Positions 1-10,337 of a DNA stretch of 64,000 nucleotides are shown piece by piece. A program made the position numbers and the translations under genes. The notes beneath the pieces were generated by a model. It worked only from the letters and a program-made list of their open reading frames with translations. It was not told where the DNA came from and did no database searches. Positions within the stretch are counted from its first letter, which is position 1. Each line of letters starts with the position of its first letter. Origin of the DNA: a virus; IMG/VR virus record IMGVR_UViG_3300008448_000012, positions 32,001 through 96,000 of that record. One strand, written 5' to 3'.

Positions 1-492
1 CCATGTTCTATAGGAAGAAGTAAATTCAAGCTTCCACGTATTGCTGAGGGAAACTATCAATACATTATTCAAGGTGTCTACTCAATCAATGCAATGAGTG
101 GACAAGGAAAGAAACTTAAAGAAATTACAGTAAACAGATATATAAATCTTTTGAAACTTCCAATAATAAAGAACGAACAATACTATTGGATTCAAAATGA
201 ATATCTGTATGTCAACAATCCATATCTTAAGGCAATCAGAATTTCTGCTTTATTTGAGAACGATGTTCCAAATGAATTGCTTTATCCAGAATGTTGTTGT
301 GGAGAGGATATAGTTGTAGAAGATTTCTGCAAGAATCCTCTTGATAAACCATATGCTCTTCCTGGATATTTGCAATCACAGGTTTTGGAACTTACAACAA
401 AGAAACTGTTGTCTACTTATTTTGCTATTAAAACTGACCTTACAGAAGATGGATTGGACGGACAAGCTCCGAATGTTAAACCAACCAGTTAA
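1..492 (+). CDS. Tail ring/tubular protein, 5'-truncated by window edge
   Basis: Frame is open from base 1 (PCSIGRSKFKLPRI...); position before IHF-like, ring and muzzle genes matches crAss-like gene order. Confidence 0.6.
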   Translation, partial: PCSIGRSKFKLPRIAEGNYQYIIQGVYSINAMSGQGKKLKEITVNRYINLLKLPIIKNEQYYWIQNEYLYVNNPYLKAIRISALFENDVPNELLYPECCCGEDIVVEDFCKNPLDKPYALPGYLQSQVLELTTKKLLSTYFAIKTDLTEDGLDGQAPNVKPTS

Positions 493-965
493 TGAGGACA
501 AAGATTGAATGGCGAAGTGCAAGTAAGGAAAACTATCAAAACTTCTGTAAGAAGCATCCAGACATAAAGTTGAACTTTGATGAATGGAAAGATATTATCT
601 ACAGATTCAACGAAGCATTTAGAAACTACATTCTTGAGACAGGTTATAAGGAAAAGCTTCCTTATGGTTTTGGTGAGTTTTCAGTTACAAAGAAAATAAG
701 ACGAAAGAAGAAAGGACTCAATGATGAGTTTGTAAATCTTGCTGTTGACTGGAAAAGAACAAAGGAAAGAGGAAAGATCACCTACAATTTTAATTACCAC
801 ACAGAAGGGTATTTCTTTGGTTGGTTATGGTTTAAAGAAACTGCCAGACTAAAGGGTACACAATTTTGGTATTTCAAAGCTTCACGTGTAACGTCAAGAA
901 TGATAGCACATTATATTAACGCTGATGAAAAATATCAGTATTTGTATCAAGAATGGAGAAAATAA
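492..965 (+). CDS. IHF/HU-like DNA-binding protein of the crAss-like tail module
   Basis: LPYGFGEFSVTKK resembles the HU/IHF GFGxF motif; basic; syntenic position. Confidence 0.65.
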   Translation: MRTKIEWRSASKENYQNFCKKHPDIKLNFDEWKDIIYRFNEAFRNYILETGYKEKLPYGFGEFSVTKKIRRKKKGLNDEFVNLAVDWKRTKERGKITYNFNYHTEGYFFGWLWFKETARLKGTQFWYFKASRVTSRMIAHYINADEKYQYLYQEWRK

Positions 966-971
966 AAAATA

Positions 972-1907
972 ATGAGTTATTATTACAAATATAATTTCGT
1001 AAGCCCTGAACCAGTTTATTCTACTATAAAAGAAGAACTGAAAAGCTATTTTGATACAGGGGCAATCGATGATTTGCTTTTCCCCACTTATACAGACAAA
1101 TGTCTTAGGAAGTTGGGTAAATCGTCTTATGAAATTCAAGAAACCTATCTTGATATCGAAGACTTTGAAGCAAGACTTCCTGATAACTTCTTTGCTGTAA
1201 GAGAAGCATGGATGTGTACAACTGTAAATGGTTATCCATATCAATCAGCAAACTCATTCTATTCTCAAGCTTCTACAGAGACAACTATTCAGGTGAGCCC
1301 TGTTATATCTGGAGGAACACCATGTACAAACCCAAGTTGTACAACTCCTGGTTGTGATGGTCACACATGCATGCCTGAATTGATACAAGCTGTATACAAG
1401 ACCAACAATTCACTCAATCGTTCTGTACAAAGACAATATTTGCTTAAACCAGGAAACATTTCTGTAAAAGCACATTGTACATTGGATTGTGCAAATCTTG
1501 GAAGTTCTTCTCTTGATAGCTTTGATATCAGAGATAATAAGTTTGTTACAAACTTTAGAAATGGTGTTGTTCATTTGGTATTCTATGCATACGAATATGA
1601 CAATGCTGGCAATCAAATGATTCCAGACAACTTTCGTATCAGGGAATATATTGAGCACTTTATTAAGTTTAAAGTTTTTGAAACTCTTGCTAATCAAATA
1701 AATGATGAAACATTCAATCAGATTCAACAGAAGCTTGCTTATTACAAACAGTTGTCTGAAGAAGCATACATCATGGCTGATATAGAGGTGAAGAAACAAG
1801 ATGTCTATGCTAAACAAAGAAGGATAGTTCAAGACCTGAACAGATTCAATATGTATGAACTTCCAAACAGAACCAATAGGTATGGTTGGAGAAGAAATGG
1901 ACAATAA
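972..1907 (+). CDS. Tail ring/tubular protein
   Basis: 311 aa directly upstream of the large stabilisation protein; crAss-like synteny. Confidence 0.6.
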   Translation: MSYYYKYNFVSPEPVYSTIKEELKSYFDTGAIDDLLFPTYTDKCLRKLGKSSYEIQETYLDIEDFEARLPDNFFAVREAWMCTTVNGYPYQSANSFYSQASTETTIQVSPVISGGTPCTNPSCTTPGCDGHTCMPELIQAVYKTNNSLNRSVQRQYLLKPGNISVKAHCTLDCANLGSSSLDSFDIRDNKFVTNFRNGVVHLVFYAYEYDNAGNQMIPDNFRIREYIEHFIKFKVFETLANQINDETFNQIQQKLAYYKQLSEEAYIMADIEVKKQDVYAKQRRIVQDLNRFNMYELPNRTNRYGWRRNGQ

Positions 1908-4900
1908 TGGCTGAACAAGAGCAATCAAACATAAGACAAGAGAGTAATGTAGCTACTACTGGCTTGAACATGGATCAAACCGTGAATCAAGTTAAGAAGG
2001 GACAGCTTACGTATGCTCTTAATGCTGCTGTAGAAAACTTTGATGCAACATCTGTAAACTATCAAAATGAACCAGGAAACGAACTATGTTTTGAGTTTCC
2101 TCAAGGATATCATTTGATTGGTGAGCATTTTATAAATGAGAAGAACAAGCATATATTCTTTCTTACAAATCCTGAAACAGGAGAAAGTGAGATTGGATAT
2201 ATGGATAACAATGATTGTGTCTACAGAACATATGTCAATGCTAATTGCTTAAACTTCAATATCGATTATCCAATTCACAAAGCTGTACATAAGATTACAA
2301 ACTGTACAACAGAAATCTATTGGACAGATGGATTCAACTCACGCAGATATCTGGATCTTGAGAATCTTCCTTATAAGATTCAAGAGGGCACTGATGTTTG
2401 TGACAACAAAACAACCACTGAAATAGACTGCAATAAACTGAACATCCAACCAAATTTTAATATTCCTAATCTTGAGATTACGAATGTTATCAATGGAGGA
2501 AATCTAATTGCAGGAACTTATCAGTTTGCAATTCAATACTGTGATGCAAATGGAGGTGCTTACACATCGTATTATTCTGTAACCAATCCTACACCAATTG
2601 CAAATCCTCAGTTCACCACTCCTGATTTTAACTACCCTGTAGGAAGATCTATTGTAGTGGATATCACTAACATAGATGTAACTGGTTATTATAAGTATTA
2701 CAATGTTGCAGTGATAAAAACTGTAAATGATATTACATCTGTTGAGCTTGTTGGAACTTATTTCATAGATGACTCAAGTAATCAAATAACGTACACTGGT
2801 CAAAATCAAACTCAGATCAGGCTTACAATCAACGATATATTTGAGAAGTTTCCATATTACGATATTGCACAAGACTTGACAGCTGTTCAAGATGTTCTTG
2901 TTTGGGATAATCTTACATCTATCGATAGAATCAACTATCAGCAGATTGCCAATCAAATAGATCTTAAGTGGCAAACTTATAAACTCCCTGCAAACGAAGA
3001 TTATTCAGATGAGTTGAATGCAACAAATCTTAGAGGTTATCTAAGAGATGAGGTGTATGCATTTGAAGTTGTATTCCTTCTGAGGAACGGTAAGCAAACA
3101 GATGGTTTTCATATTCCTGGTAGGGAAATATCCTACAGCGAGCTTATACAACCAGATGTTCCTAACACCAATCCTGACTTTATTGGAGAAGGAACAAGTG
3201 CTCCATATTGGAAAATATATAACACAGCTTCTGTAATTGGAGCTGCTACAGGCCCAAACATTGGTAATGCTACACCATACGAATATGGTGAATTTGCATA
3301 TTGGGAATCTACAGAAGTGTATCCATGTAATGATGCTGTTTGGGGAAGCCTTGCTAATCAACCAATCAGACATCATAAGTTTCCTGATGTTCTTGTAAGT
3401 CCTATATTTGAAAGTGGTACACCCACAATCAGCTATAGTGGTACATACACAAACTTAAAAATGGAAAATGCTGCCATCTATCCAATAGGACTAAGGATAG
3501 ATGTTCCTCAAGTTTATCAAGCTATAGCAGCATCCAATCTTACACAAGAACAAAAAGAAAGTGTTATTGGATTTAAAATAGTTAGAGGAAACAGAAGCAC
3601 AAACAGTTCTATCATAGCAAAGGGAATTCTTAGAAATATCGGTGAATATGAAAGAGAAGGAACTTCCTATTATTTCCCCAACTATCCATACAACGATCTT
3701 AGGAAAGATCCATTTCTTCTTCAAGAAAACAATGCATTTGATGCTGTATGTAGGGAGTACCAAGTAACAATCACTGCTACTGGTAAACTTAATTATTACA
3801 GTTGTGATACAGGATTGCCAGTAGTAGATGATGTTACTATTGGAGATGTTGTTAATATATGTTCTACAAGCTTTCCAAAATTCTCAGACTCTGCCACTGG
3901 TACAATCACTGCGACTAACTATGGTACATACAATCTATGTACAATTGTTGGTAATGCTGGTAATAGGTTTTCCTATTTTCCACCAGATGCTGATAAACCT
4001 ACAGTTATTTGGGTTCCTGGTAATTTATTCACTACCAATTGCGAGGTTGTTGATTCAATAACAAAACCTATATTCATTGAAGGAAGTGACAGATATACAA
4101 TCACTTTGTTATCTGAAAACACAGGAGTGCTGAACTGTACAGTGAGTGTTGATCAGTTGGATGCATTCGCAACTGATAAATCTAAATATAGGTTTGTATT
4201 CAACTCTCCAGAAACTTCTTTTGGAAAACCTTTCCTTGGAAGTGTATTGAAATTGGAAAATGCAATATACGGTGCTGGTTCTGGTCATTTTGTACAAGTG
4301 AACAAGAACGCAATGTATAAACTTATTACTGAAGAAGCACAAAGAGATGCTTTGAAGTCAAGTGAAAAGATTGCAGATATAACATCTCCGTTTAGTCCAA
4401 CTGCAATGTTCACTGCCTATCAGGCATATCTGCAGATTTACATAAATGGAATTACTAGAAGAAATTACGCCAAGTCATATAACTCAATAGCCAAATATAA
4501 CTATTCAGCATCTATAGACAACAACTTGGGAGTTAAACAAAGAGAAATTGATATAACTCAATATCTCAGTCCTGGTGTTCAAAATGTTGGTGACGATCTG
4601 AATGTAAATAATTTCAATAGAGAGTCTTCTGTTTACATAAAGACAATTCAAGAAAAAGAAGGACTTCCTGTAGTCAGTCTTCCTTATCCTAGCTATACAC
4701 CAAATTTGCTTGTAGGAGGAGGAACCACACCTGCAATTGAAGATAAATCAAGATATACTATTTCTGAAAGAGGTAACTGTCTTAAGCCTGAGAAACAGTT
4801 TGATATATCTACAGTGACCTATTATGGATCTATAAAAAATATATTTGTAAATCAGTGGGGTCAAATGTATTCTTATGAAACAATTGACACAGGGTTTCAA

Positions 4901-6886
4901 AATCTATTAAATGAGAATACATCAGTTGGGATAATTTTTGGAGGAGATGTATTCATTAACAAGTTCTCTTTTAAAACTAAACTTCCTTTCTTTATTGATA
5001 ATAGGGTTGGAGCTCCTGATGATAGTGACATTTTTTATGATGAAATAGGTAATGTTGCATATCCTAAATACTGGCACTCAGCTAGGTCTATTCTAAGCAG
5101 TTATACAACAACAGTTACGCCTGTAAAAACCATGGATAATATTATTTCAGTCAAGGCTCACAACTTTGATTGTCCTAATAGCCAAGCTGAGGGTAGCCCT
5201 GGAAGAACATTTTATGACGGAAGTTTTTATCTTTTTGCCTATGGGATTCCTACATTCTATTGTGAGTCGACAGTGAATGTAGATCTTAGGCAAGCTTTTA
5301 ATAATAGAGAGGGTGATTTCTACCCACACGTGAGCACGGGTATTCCTGATCAATGGTTGCAAGAAAGTTTTGTAACAATTGCTCAAGACAATACCTATTA
5401 TTACAATAGTACATTCTCTAAGCAAAATAAAGAGAACTCTTTCTCCCACTTACCTATCAACTGGAGTGAGGATATTTGTTTGACAAACTATCCATTTAGA
5501 GCAATCTATTCAGATAGGCAAGAAAGTTATGTTGATAATAACACAAACAATTGGCTCATCTATAGACCAATATCATCATTTGACTTTCCACAGAACTACG
5601 GAAAGCTTACATCTCTTGATGGTATTCAGAATAGGGCTATTCTTGCTAGGTTTGAGAACAAGAGCTTGTTGTACAACACAATGTTGACAATCAACACAAG
5701 CAATCCTCAAGCTGCCTATCTGGGAAATGATACATTGTTTAAAAGCTCTCCTCCCATTGATTTTGCAGAAACAGATCTTGGATATGTAGGAAGTCAGAAC
5801 AAGATGCTTCTGAAAATTCCTCAAGGACAGATTACAGTGGATGCTAAACGTGGACAAGTGTTTCTTATTGCAGGAAACCAAGCTACAGATTTGTCAGCAT
5901 TTGGTTCTGGATTGAATAGGTTCTTTACAGATCATCTTGCATTTGAGATTCTTCGTCACTATCCAAACGTACCTACAGATAACCATTTCAATGGTGTAGG
6001 ATTGCATGGCGTATATGACAGTAAGTATGATAGGGTGATAATTACAAAGCTTGATTACATCCCATTGACAAACAACATCAAGTATGATGCTGCAACAAAT
6101 GAGTTCTATGTAGAAAATACATTTGGTCAAACTGTTATAAAAACTGTTGTTTATTTAACAGATAATACTTATTTTTGTAACAAGTCTTGGACACTGTCAT
6201 TTAATATGAACACCCAGTCTTGGGTAAGTTTCCATAGCTATATTCCAAATTGGTATATCGCTGAGAATAACTTCTTCTATTCTGGACTGAATGAAGGTTG
6301 TGATCTTGAACTGATTGCAGCTCAAGAAGTTCCAACAACTACAACTACATCCACTACAACAACCACTCCTGTTTATGATTGTACATTGACAGGAGAAGCA
6401 AGAACAATAAACTGTGAATTGATAGGAACAGCAGAAGTAGTAGGAAATTGTACATTTACAGGAACTGCTCAATTGTATCTATCATTTACAGTGGGTGCTC
6501 CTAGTGGTCAGGCTAGTGCAACTTGTCCTGCAAGTTTGATTGGATGGAGGGTTGACACATGGTATGTTGTAAATGGTGACATATATTCATTTGGAACTAC
6601 AGAGACATTCTCTGTTCCTGCTGGAAGTCTTGTAACAATAGAATCTGTTGTAGCTGATGATTACTACATCTACAATCCTGGAGCAGGTTTCCAATATTGT
6701 GACTTGAGATTCAAACCTTACATAGACGCTACAATCAATGGTTCAACAACTACCACTTATGGTACAGAGATTGTTCAGGGTCTTACAGAAGGCACATCAA
6801 CACCTCACTCATCAACACTTACATATACATTTAATCCAACACAAGGCAACACATACAGCTTTGTAGCGTATTCAGTTCAAGCTTAA
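1907..6886 (+). CDS. Tail stabilisation/muzzle protein (N-terminal part) with inserted Cys-rich module and C-terminal Thr-linker domain
   Basis: Likely start MAEQEQ at 1907 overlapping upstream stop; GLNMD...ALNA, IRHHKFP, FGGDVFI, WVSFHSY segments typical of crAss-like muzzle proteins; TTTTTSTTTTTP near C-terminus. Confidence 0.7.
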   Translation: MAEQEQSNIRQESNVATTGLNMDQTVNQVKKGQLTYALNAAVENFDATSVNYQNEPGNELCFEFPQGYHLIGEHFINEKNKHIFFLTNPETGESEIGYMDNNDCVYRTYVNANCLNFNIDYPIHKAVHKITNCTTEIYWTDGFNSRRYLDLENLPYKIQEGTDVCDNKTTTEIDCNKLNIQPNFNIPNLEITNVINGGNLIAGTYQFAIQYCDANGGAYTSYYSVTNPTPIANPQFTTPDFNYPVGRSIVVDITNIDVTGYYKYYNVAVIKTVNDITSVELVGTYFIDDSSNQITYTGQNQTQIRLTINDIFEKFPYYDIAQDLTAVQDVLVWDNLTSIDRINYQQIANQIDLKWQTYKLPANEDYSDELNATNLRGYLRDEVYAFEVVFLLRNGKQTDGFHIPGREISYSELIQPDVPNTNPDFIGEGTSAPYWKIYNTASVIGAATGPNIGNATPYEYGEFAYWESTEVYPCNDAVWGSLANQPIRHHKFPDVLVSPIFESGTPTISYSGTYTNLKMENAAIYPIGLRIDVPQVYQAIAASNLTQEQKESVIGFKIVRGNRSTNSSIIAKGILRNIGEYEREGTSYYFPNYPYNDLRKDPFLLQENNAFDAVCREYQVTITATGKLNYYSCDTGLPVVDDVTIGDVVNICSTSFPKFSDSATGTITATNYGTYNLCTIVGNAGNRFSYFPPDADKPTVIWVPGNLFTTNCEVVDSITKPIFIEGSDRYTITLLSENTGVLNCTVSVDQLDAFATDKSKYRFVFNSPETSFGKPFLGSVLKLENAIYGAGSGHFVQVNKNAMYKLITEEAQRDALKSSEKIADITSPFSPTAMFTAYQAYLQIYINGITRRNYAKSYNSIAKYNYSASIDNNLGVKQREIDITQYLSPGVQNVGDDLNVNNFNRESSVYIKTIQEKEGLPVVSLPYPSYTPNLLVGGGTTPAIEDKSRYTISERGNCLKPEKQFDISTVTYYGSIKNIFVNQWGQMYSYETIDTGFQNLLNENTSVGIIFGGDVFINKFSFKTKLPFFIDNRVGAPDDSDIFYDEIGNVAYPKYWHSARSILSSYTTTVTPVKTMDNIISVKAHNFDCPNSQAEGSPGRTFYDGSFYLFAYGIPTFYCESTVNVDLRQAFNNREGDFYPHVSTGIPDQWLQESFVTIAQDNTYYYNSTFSKQNKENSFSHLPINWSEDICLTNYPFRAIYSDRQESYVDNNTNNWLIYRPISSFDFPQNYGKLTSLDGIQNRAILARFENKSLLYNTMLTINTSNPQAAYLGNDTLFKSSPPIDFAETDLGYVGSQNKMLLKIPQGQITVDAKRGQVFLIAGNQATDLSAFGSGLNRFFTDHLAFEILRHYPNVPTDNHFNGVGLHGVYDSKYDRVIITKLDYIPLTNNIKYDAATNEFYVENTFGQTVIKTVVYLTDNTYFCNKSWTLSFNMNTQSWVSFHSYIPNWYIAENNFFYSGLNEGCDLELIAAQEVPTTTTTSTTTTTPVYDCTLTGEARTINCELIGTAEVVGNCTFTGTAQLYLSFTVGAPSGQASATCPASLIGWRVDTWYVVNGDIYSFGTTETFSVPAGSLVTIESVVADDYYIYNPGAGFQYCDLRFKPYIDATINGSTTTTYGTEIVQGLTEGTSTPHSSTLTYTFNPTQGNTYSFVAYSVQA

Positions 6887-6896
6887 AATAAAAAAT

Positions 6897-7376
6897 ATGG
6901 CACTTACAGTACTTATAACATTAACTTCAGCAGGATCAGATACAGGACCCTTCGACTTATATTCAGATGTTGATGGGTATATAGTACCATTTGAATCTGC
7001 TGTTCCAAAAGCATCTCTTCTTGCAGGATATAGCTCTACAGTGGTTCCTGATGGAACAACTATAATTAGGGTGAAGTCTGTAAGTGTCCTTTGTACAAAT
7101 TATATAGATTTGCCTGTTGCAGGTGCAACCACTACAACAACTACCACTACCACTGCACCTTTCTCTTGTGCTGATTGTAGAAACTGGCAGTATGTAGGAG
7201 AGACTATTCCTGTAGAAGGTGGTGTGATAAATTACTACAGGTGTAGTGATGGTGCTCCTCAAACAATTGTTTTGAGTAGTGGTGATCCTAGTGGATCTTT
7301 CTGTAACTGTAACTCTTCAGGAACACCTACTGGTGGAGGCATCACTCTTACAGAAGTGGGCATTTGTGTACCTTAA
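6897..7376 (+). CDS. Small structural protein: beta-rich domain + poly-Thr linker + Cys-rich domain
   Basis: 159 aa with T9 tract and C-terminal Cys-rich module. Confidence 0.6.
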   Translation: MALTVLITLTSAGSDTGPFDLYSDVDGYIVPFESAVPKASLLAGYSSTVVPDGTTIIRVKSVSVLCTNYIDLPVAGATTTTTTTTTAPFSCADCRNWQYVGETIPVEGGVINYYRCSDGAPQTIVLSSGDPSGSFCNCNSSGTPTGGGITLTEVGICVP

Positions 7377-7387
7377 TAAGATTGTAA

Positions 7388-8260
7388 ATGGCTAAGACAA
7401 TTATCATAAAGTTAAAAAAGGCTGGCAGCAGACTTACAAAATTTTCAATCTCTGATAATTTTGGGAATGTGCTTGCAACAGATGTGGGTAAACCACAGTT
7501 GATTAATGGTCTTGCATTAAGTGTTGCAGATGATGTCACTGTAATTGTTGTTACATCAACTGGAGCAGATTGCTGTTCAAAATCTTGGAATATTCCTGTT
7601 ACAACAATCACTCTTCCAGAACTTGCAAGTATTAAGTATGTTGAATCAAACACATCAAGTTTGTGGACACATCTGCTTAATCCTGTAACATACAACAAGT
7701 TTTATGGATGTATACAACCTTATATAATAGAATATCCTTTTGCCTATCAGTATTATGATGAGATTTTGCAGAACGTAAAGGATTATACAAAGGTTTACAG
7801 ATACCTTCCTACAGACGATGGTATATTCAATTGGAACAGGAAGGTGGAAACAGACAATCAGTATTTCAATAAAGCAGTGTTGTACAATGGGCAACAGTCT
7901 TCAGGTGTTCTTGAACTTGTTCCCAAGCCAATGAACAATCTGAGTGAGTATTTGAAATACCCAATATACAATACAGAGAGTAAAACTATCACATTCACAA
8001 AGAGTGATAATTTCTATCAGTATAACACATTCTGGGGATTGGTGAAAGATAAATCAGTTCCCCTGTTTACAAAAAGCTGCGAGAGTCTTTCTATAGACAA
8101 GATTGTAAACCAAGCAAACATGGACTATGGAAAGAGGTCATTTAAAAAAGAACCTCTCAGAGCTAAAGAATTAAAGGTGAGACATATATTAGATAACAAA
8201 TCTGATATACATTTGACAAGCCAATTTATCATTGCTCCTGCACAAATCTCCTACAAGTAA
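7388..8260 (+). CDS. Tail protein, probably the separated C-terminal part of the stabilisation protein
   Basis: FNKAVLYNGQQSSG and EPLRAK segments resemble muzzle C-termini; N-terminal domain resembles that of 6897..7376. Confidence 0.5.
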   Translation: MAKTIIIKLKKAGSRLTKFSISDNFGNVLATDVGKPQLINGLALSVADDVTVIVVTSTGADCCSKSWNIPVTTITLPELASIKYVESNTSSLWTHLLNPVTYNKFYGCIQPYIIEYPFAYQYYDEILQNVKDYTKVYRYLPTDDGIFNWNRKVETDNQYFNKAVLYNGQQSSGVLELVPKPMNNLSEYLKYPIYNTESKTITFTKSDNFYQYNTFWGLVKDKSVPLFTKSCESLSIDKIVNQANMDYGKRSFKKEPLRAKELKVRHILDNKSDIHLTSQFIIAPAQISYK

Positions 8261-8261
8261 G

Positions 8262-10316
8262 ATGGCAAAGAAGAAACAACAACTAGGTGGTTATGTTTAT
8301 CCTGTAAACTACGTTCCTCAAAAGAAGAACGGTGGATGGCTTGATGAGTTTGAGGATGTTCCTCAAGCTCAATTTGGCATAAATTCTTTTCCTACAAACG
8401 TTATTATAGAAAAAGTAGCAGGTCTTTTTGGTGGTGACAAATATTCTCGTCCAGATGAAATTGATATAAAAGATTTTAGGAAAATAAGAAAAACAACAAA
8501 TAAAAAAATTGATCCAAATTCAGATCTTGTTTCTGGAAAATATGATACAAGGTTAATTGGTGAAATGTTGGACCAAGCAAAAGAGTTTGGAATAAGCAAA
8601 GAAGATGCTTGGAATCTTGCTGCAATAGGACTTCAAGAATCTGGATGGGGAAAAACTGATAGTAATCTAGGACACGTAATTGGAGATATTTCACAAGGAG
8701 ATACAGAACATCCTTTTATCAATGCTTATTTAAATAAGATGAAGGATGCAGATAGATTGAAAATTACAAATCCTGAGTTGCGTTTGCAGGTTTATAATGG
8801 TCTTGGTGTAGTTAAACCAGAAACAGAACAAAACTATCATGGATTTAAGATGAAGAAAATCTATGGTGTACCTGTTCCAAAGGAAGGAATAAACATGAAG
8901 AAAACTCCTTTGTATGGTAGACAGATAATTGACATCAGAGACAATGTTTTGAAAAAGAATCCAGAGGTAGTTAAATTTGTAGACTCCTACTATCCAGAAG
9001 AAAAACAATATGGCGGTAGTGTAGAATCCACTATGGGTGGATTGACAGATAAAGGATTTAATTACAATGGTGCATGGGGTGGTCCTTCTATGCAAATGGG
9101 TGGTTCTATGCCTGGTGCTGTAGGATTCACATACGCACGTACAATTAATCCTGCTCCTAGCAAGGGTAAGTATGCAAAGAAGACAATGGCTAGTGCACAG
9201 AATGGACAGGAGATGAAATTCTACCAAGAAGGACTTGATTGGACTCCAAAGAATATTAGTAGAGATGGAAGTGAAATTCCACAAGCTCAATTTGGAATAC
9301 AAGGTATACTTCCTACACCAGCTCAATATCAAAAGTTTGCAGAAAATGTAGGAGAGTTGTTATCTGTTCCACAGAAAGCTATAACATCCCTTTTCTCTGG
9401 AAAGTATCAAGCTCCTTCAGAGGCATTAGATATTAAGAATAAAGCTGCTGCAATTGCTACAGATATAGCCCTTGATCCTTTAAATTTAATACTTGGTGGA
9501 GGAGCTGCTTCAAAAGCTACTAAAGCTAGTATGAAATCTGGAGCACTAAGTAAAGCTTATGAAATAAATCCTTGGGCAGTTAAAGAGAACCCTGAAATGT
9601 TTCTTTATAGGGCAAGACCAGTAGGTCAAGATGTTAATATGAATATGGCAGCTCAATTAAAAGCTAAAGAAGCAGCTGGCGAACCTCTTACTTGGTGGCA
9701 AAAAAACCTATTAAATAAACAAACCAATCCACAAATGACCGCTAGAGAAAAGTATTACGGTCAGTGGTTTGAAAAAGATCCTTCAAGATTAGATTTTTAT
9801 ATAGATCCTTCTACAAGAAACTTTGCAGATAATGATGCTATAGAAATACTCAGAACAAAATTACCTAAATCAGAAGCAGATAAATTAAATGTTTCTCAAT
9901 TTTCTGATGCCAAGATTTTGTCAGCATCACCTGAAACAGAATTTATTCTACCTAAAGACATGATAGAATCTGCTGAAAGATTTCCTGAAAGTTCTTGGAA
10001 ACAACTTATACAACAAGATAAAGAATTTAATACTCCTCATTGGCTAAAAGGATATAAAGAAGTTAAATCTCCAAAGAAAAAAGAAAAAGGTGGAGAGATA
10101 AAGAAAGATGACATGGGTTATTGGAACCCAGAGAATTGGGGAGAGCCTGTAGAGATAGGAAGTAATGAAATAACAATGCAAGGAGTGTATCAACCTCTTC
10201 TTGGTATATCTGATACAGGAGATGTACAAATGATGTATCCTGGGGAAGATTATACATTTAATGGAAAAAAAGTTACAGAATACCCTGTAACAAATTGGTT
10301 AGATGAATTTGAATAA
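8262..10316 (+). CDS. Virion cargo protein with SLT-like and ART-like inserted domains
   Basis: Start MAKKKQQLGG at 8262; repeated xxGG and PQAQFG motifs; AIGLQESGWG; LYR...WF...ETEF. Confidence 0.6.
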   Translation: MAKKKQQLGGYVYPVNYVPQKKNGGWLDEFEDVPQAQFGINSFPTNVIIEKVAGLFGGDKYSRPDEIDIKDFRKIRKTTNKKIDPNSDLVSGKYDTRLIGEMLDQAKEFGISKEDAWNLAAIGLQESGWGKTDSNLGHVIGDISQGDTEHPFINAYLNKMKDADRLKITNPELRLQVYNGLGVVKPETEQNYHGFKMKKIYGVPVPKEGINMKKTPLYGRQIIDIRDNVLKKNPEVVKFVDSYYPEEKQYGGSVESTMGGLTDKGFNYNGAWGGPSMQMGGSMPGAVGFTYARTINPAPSKGKYAKKTMASAQNGQEMKFYQEGLDWTPKNISRDGSEIPQAQFGIQGILPTPAQYQKFAENVGELLSVPQKAITSLFSGKYQAPSEALDIKNKAAAIATDIALDPLNLILGGGAASKATKASMKSGALSKAYEINPWAVKENPEMFLYRARPVGQDVNMNMAAQLKAKEAAGEPLTWWQKNLLNKQTNPQMTAREKYYGQWFEKDPSRLDFYIDPSTRNFADNDAIEILRTKLPKSEADKLNVSQFSDAKILSASPETEFILPKDMIESAERFPESSWKQLIQQDKEFNTPHWLKGYKEVKSPKKKEKGGEIKKDDMGYWNPENWGEPVEIGSNEITMQGVYQPLLGISDTGDVQMMYPGEDYTFNGKKVTEYPVTNWLDEFE

Positions 10317-10337
10317 AAACCTTTTCAATAATATAAA

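Noticed and set aside
6335-7160. ACN-rich tracts as DNA microsatellites or phase-variation sites
   Set aside because: Third positions are mixed (ACA/ACT/ACC), so they are not perfect repeats; better explained as selected poly-Thr
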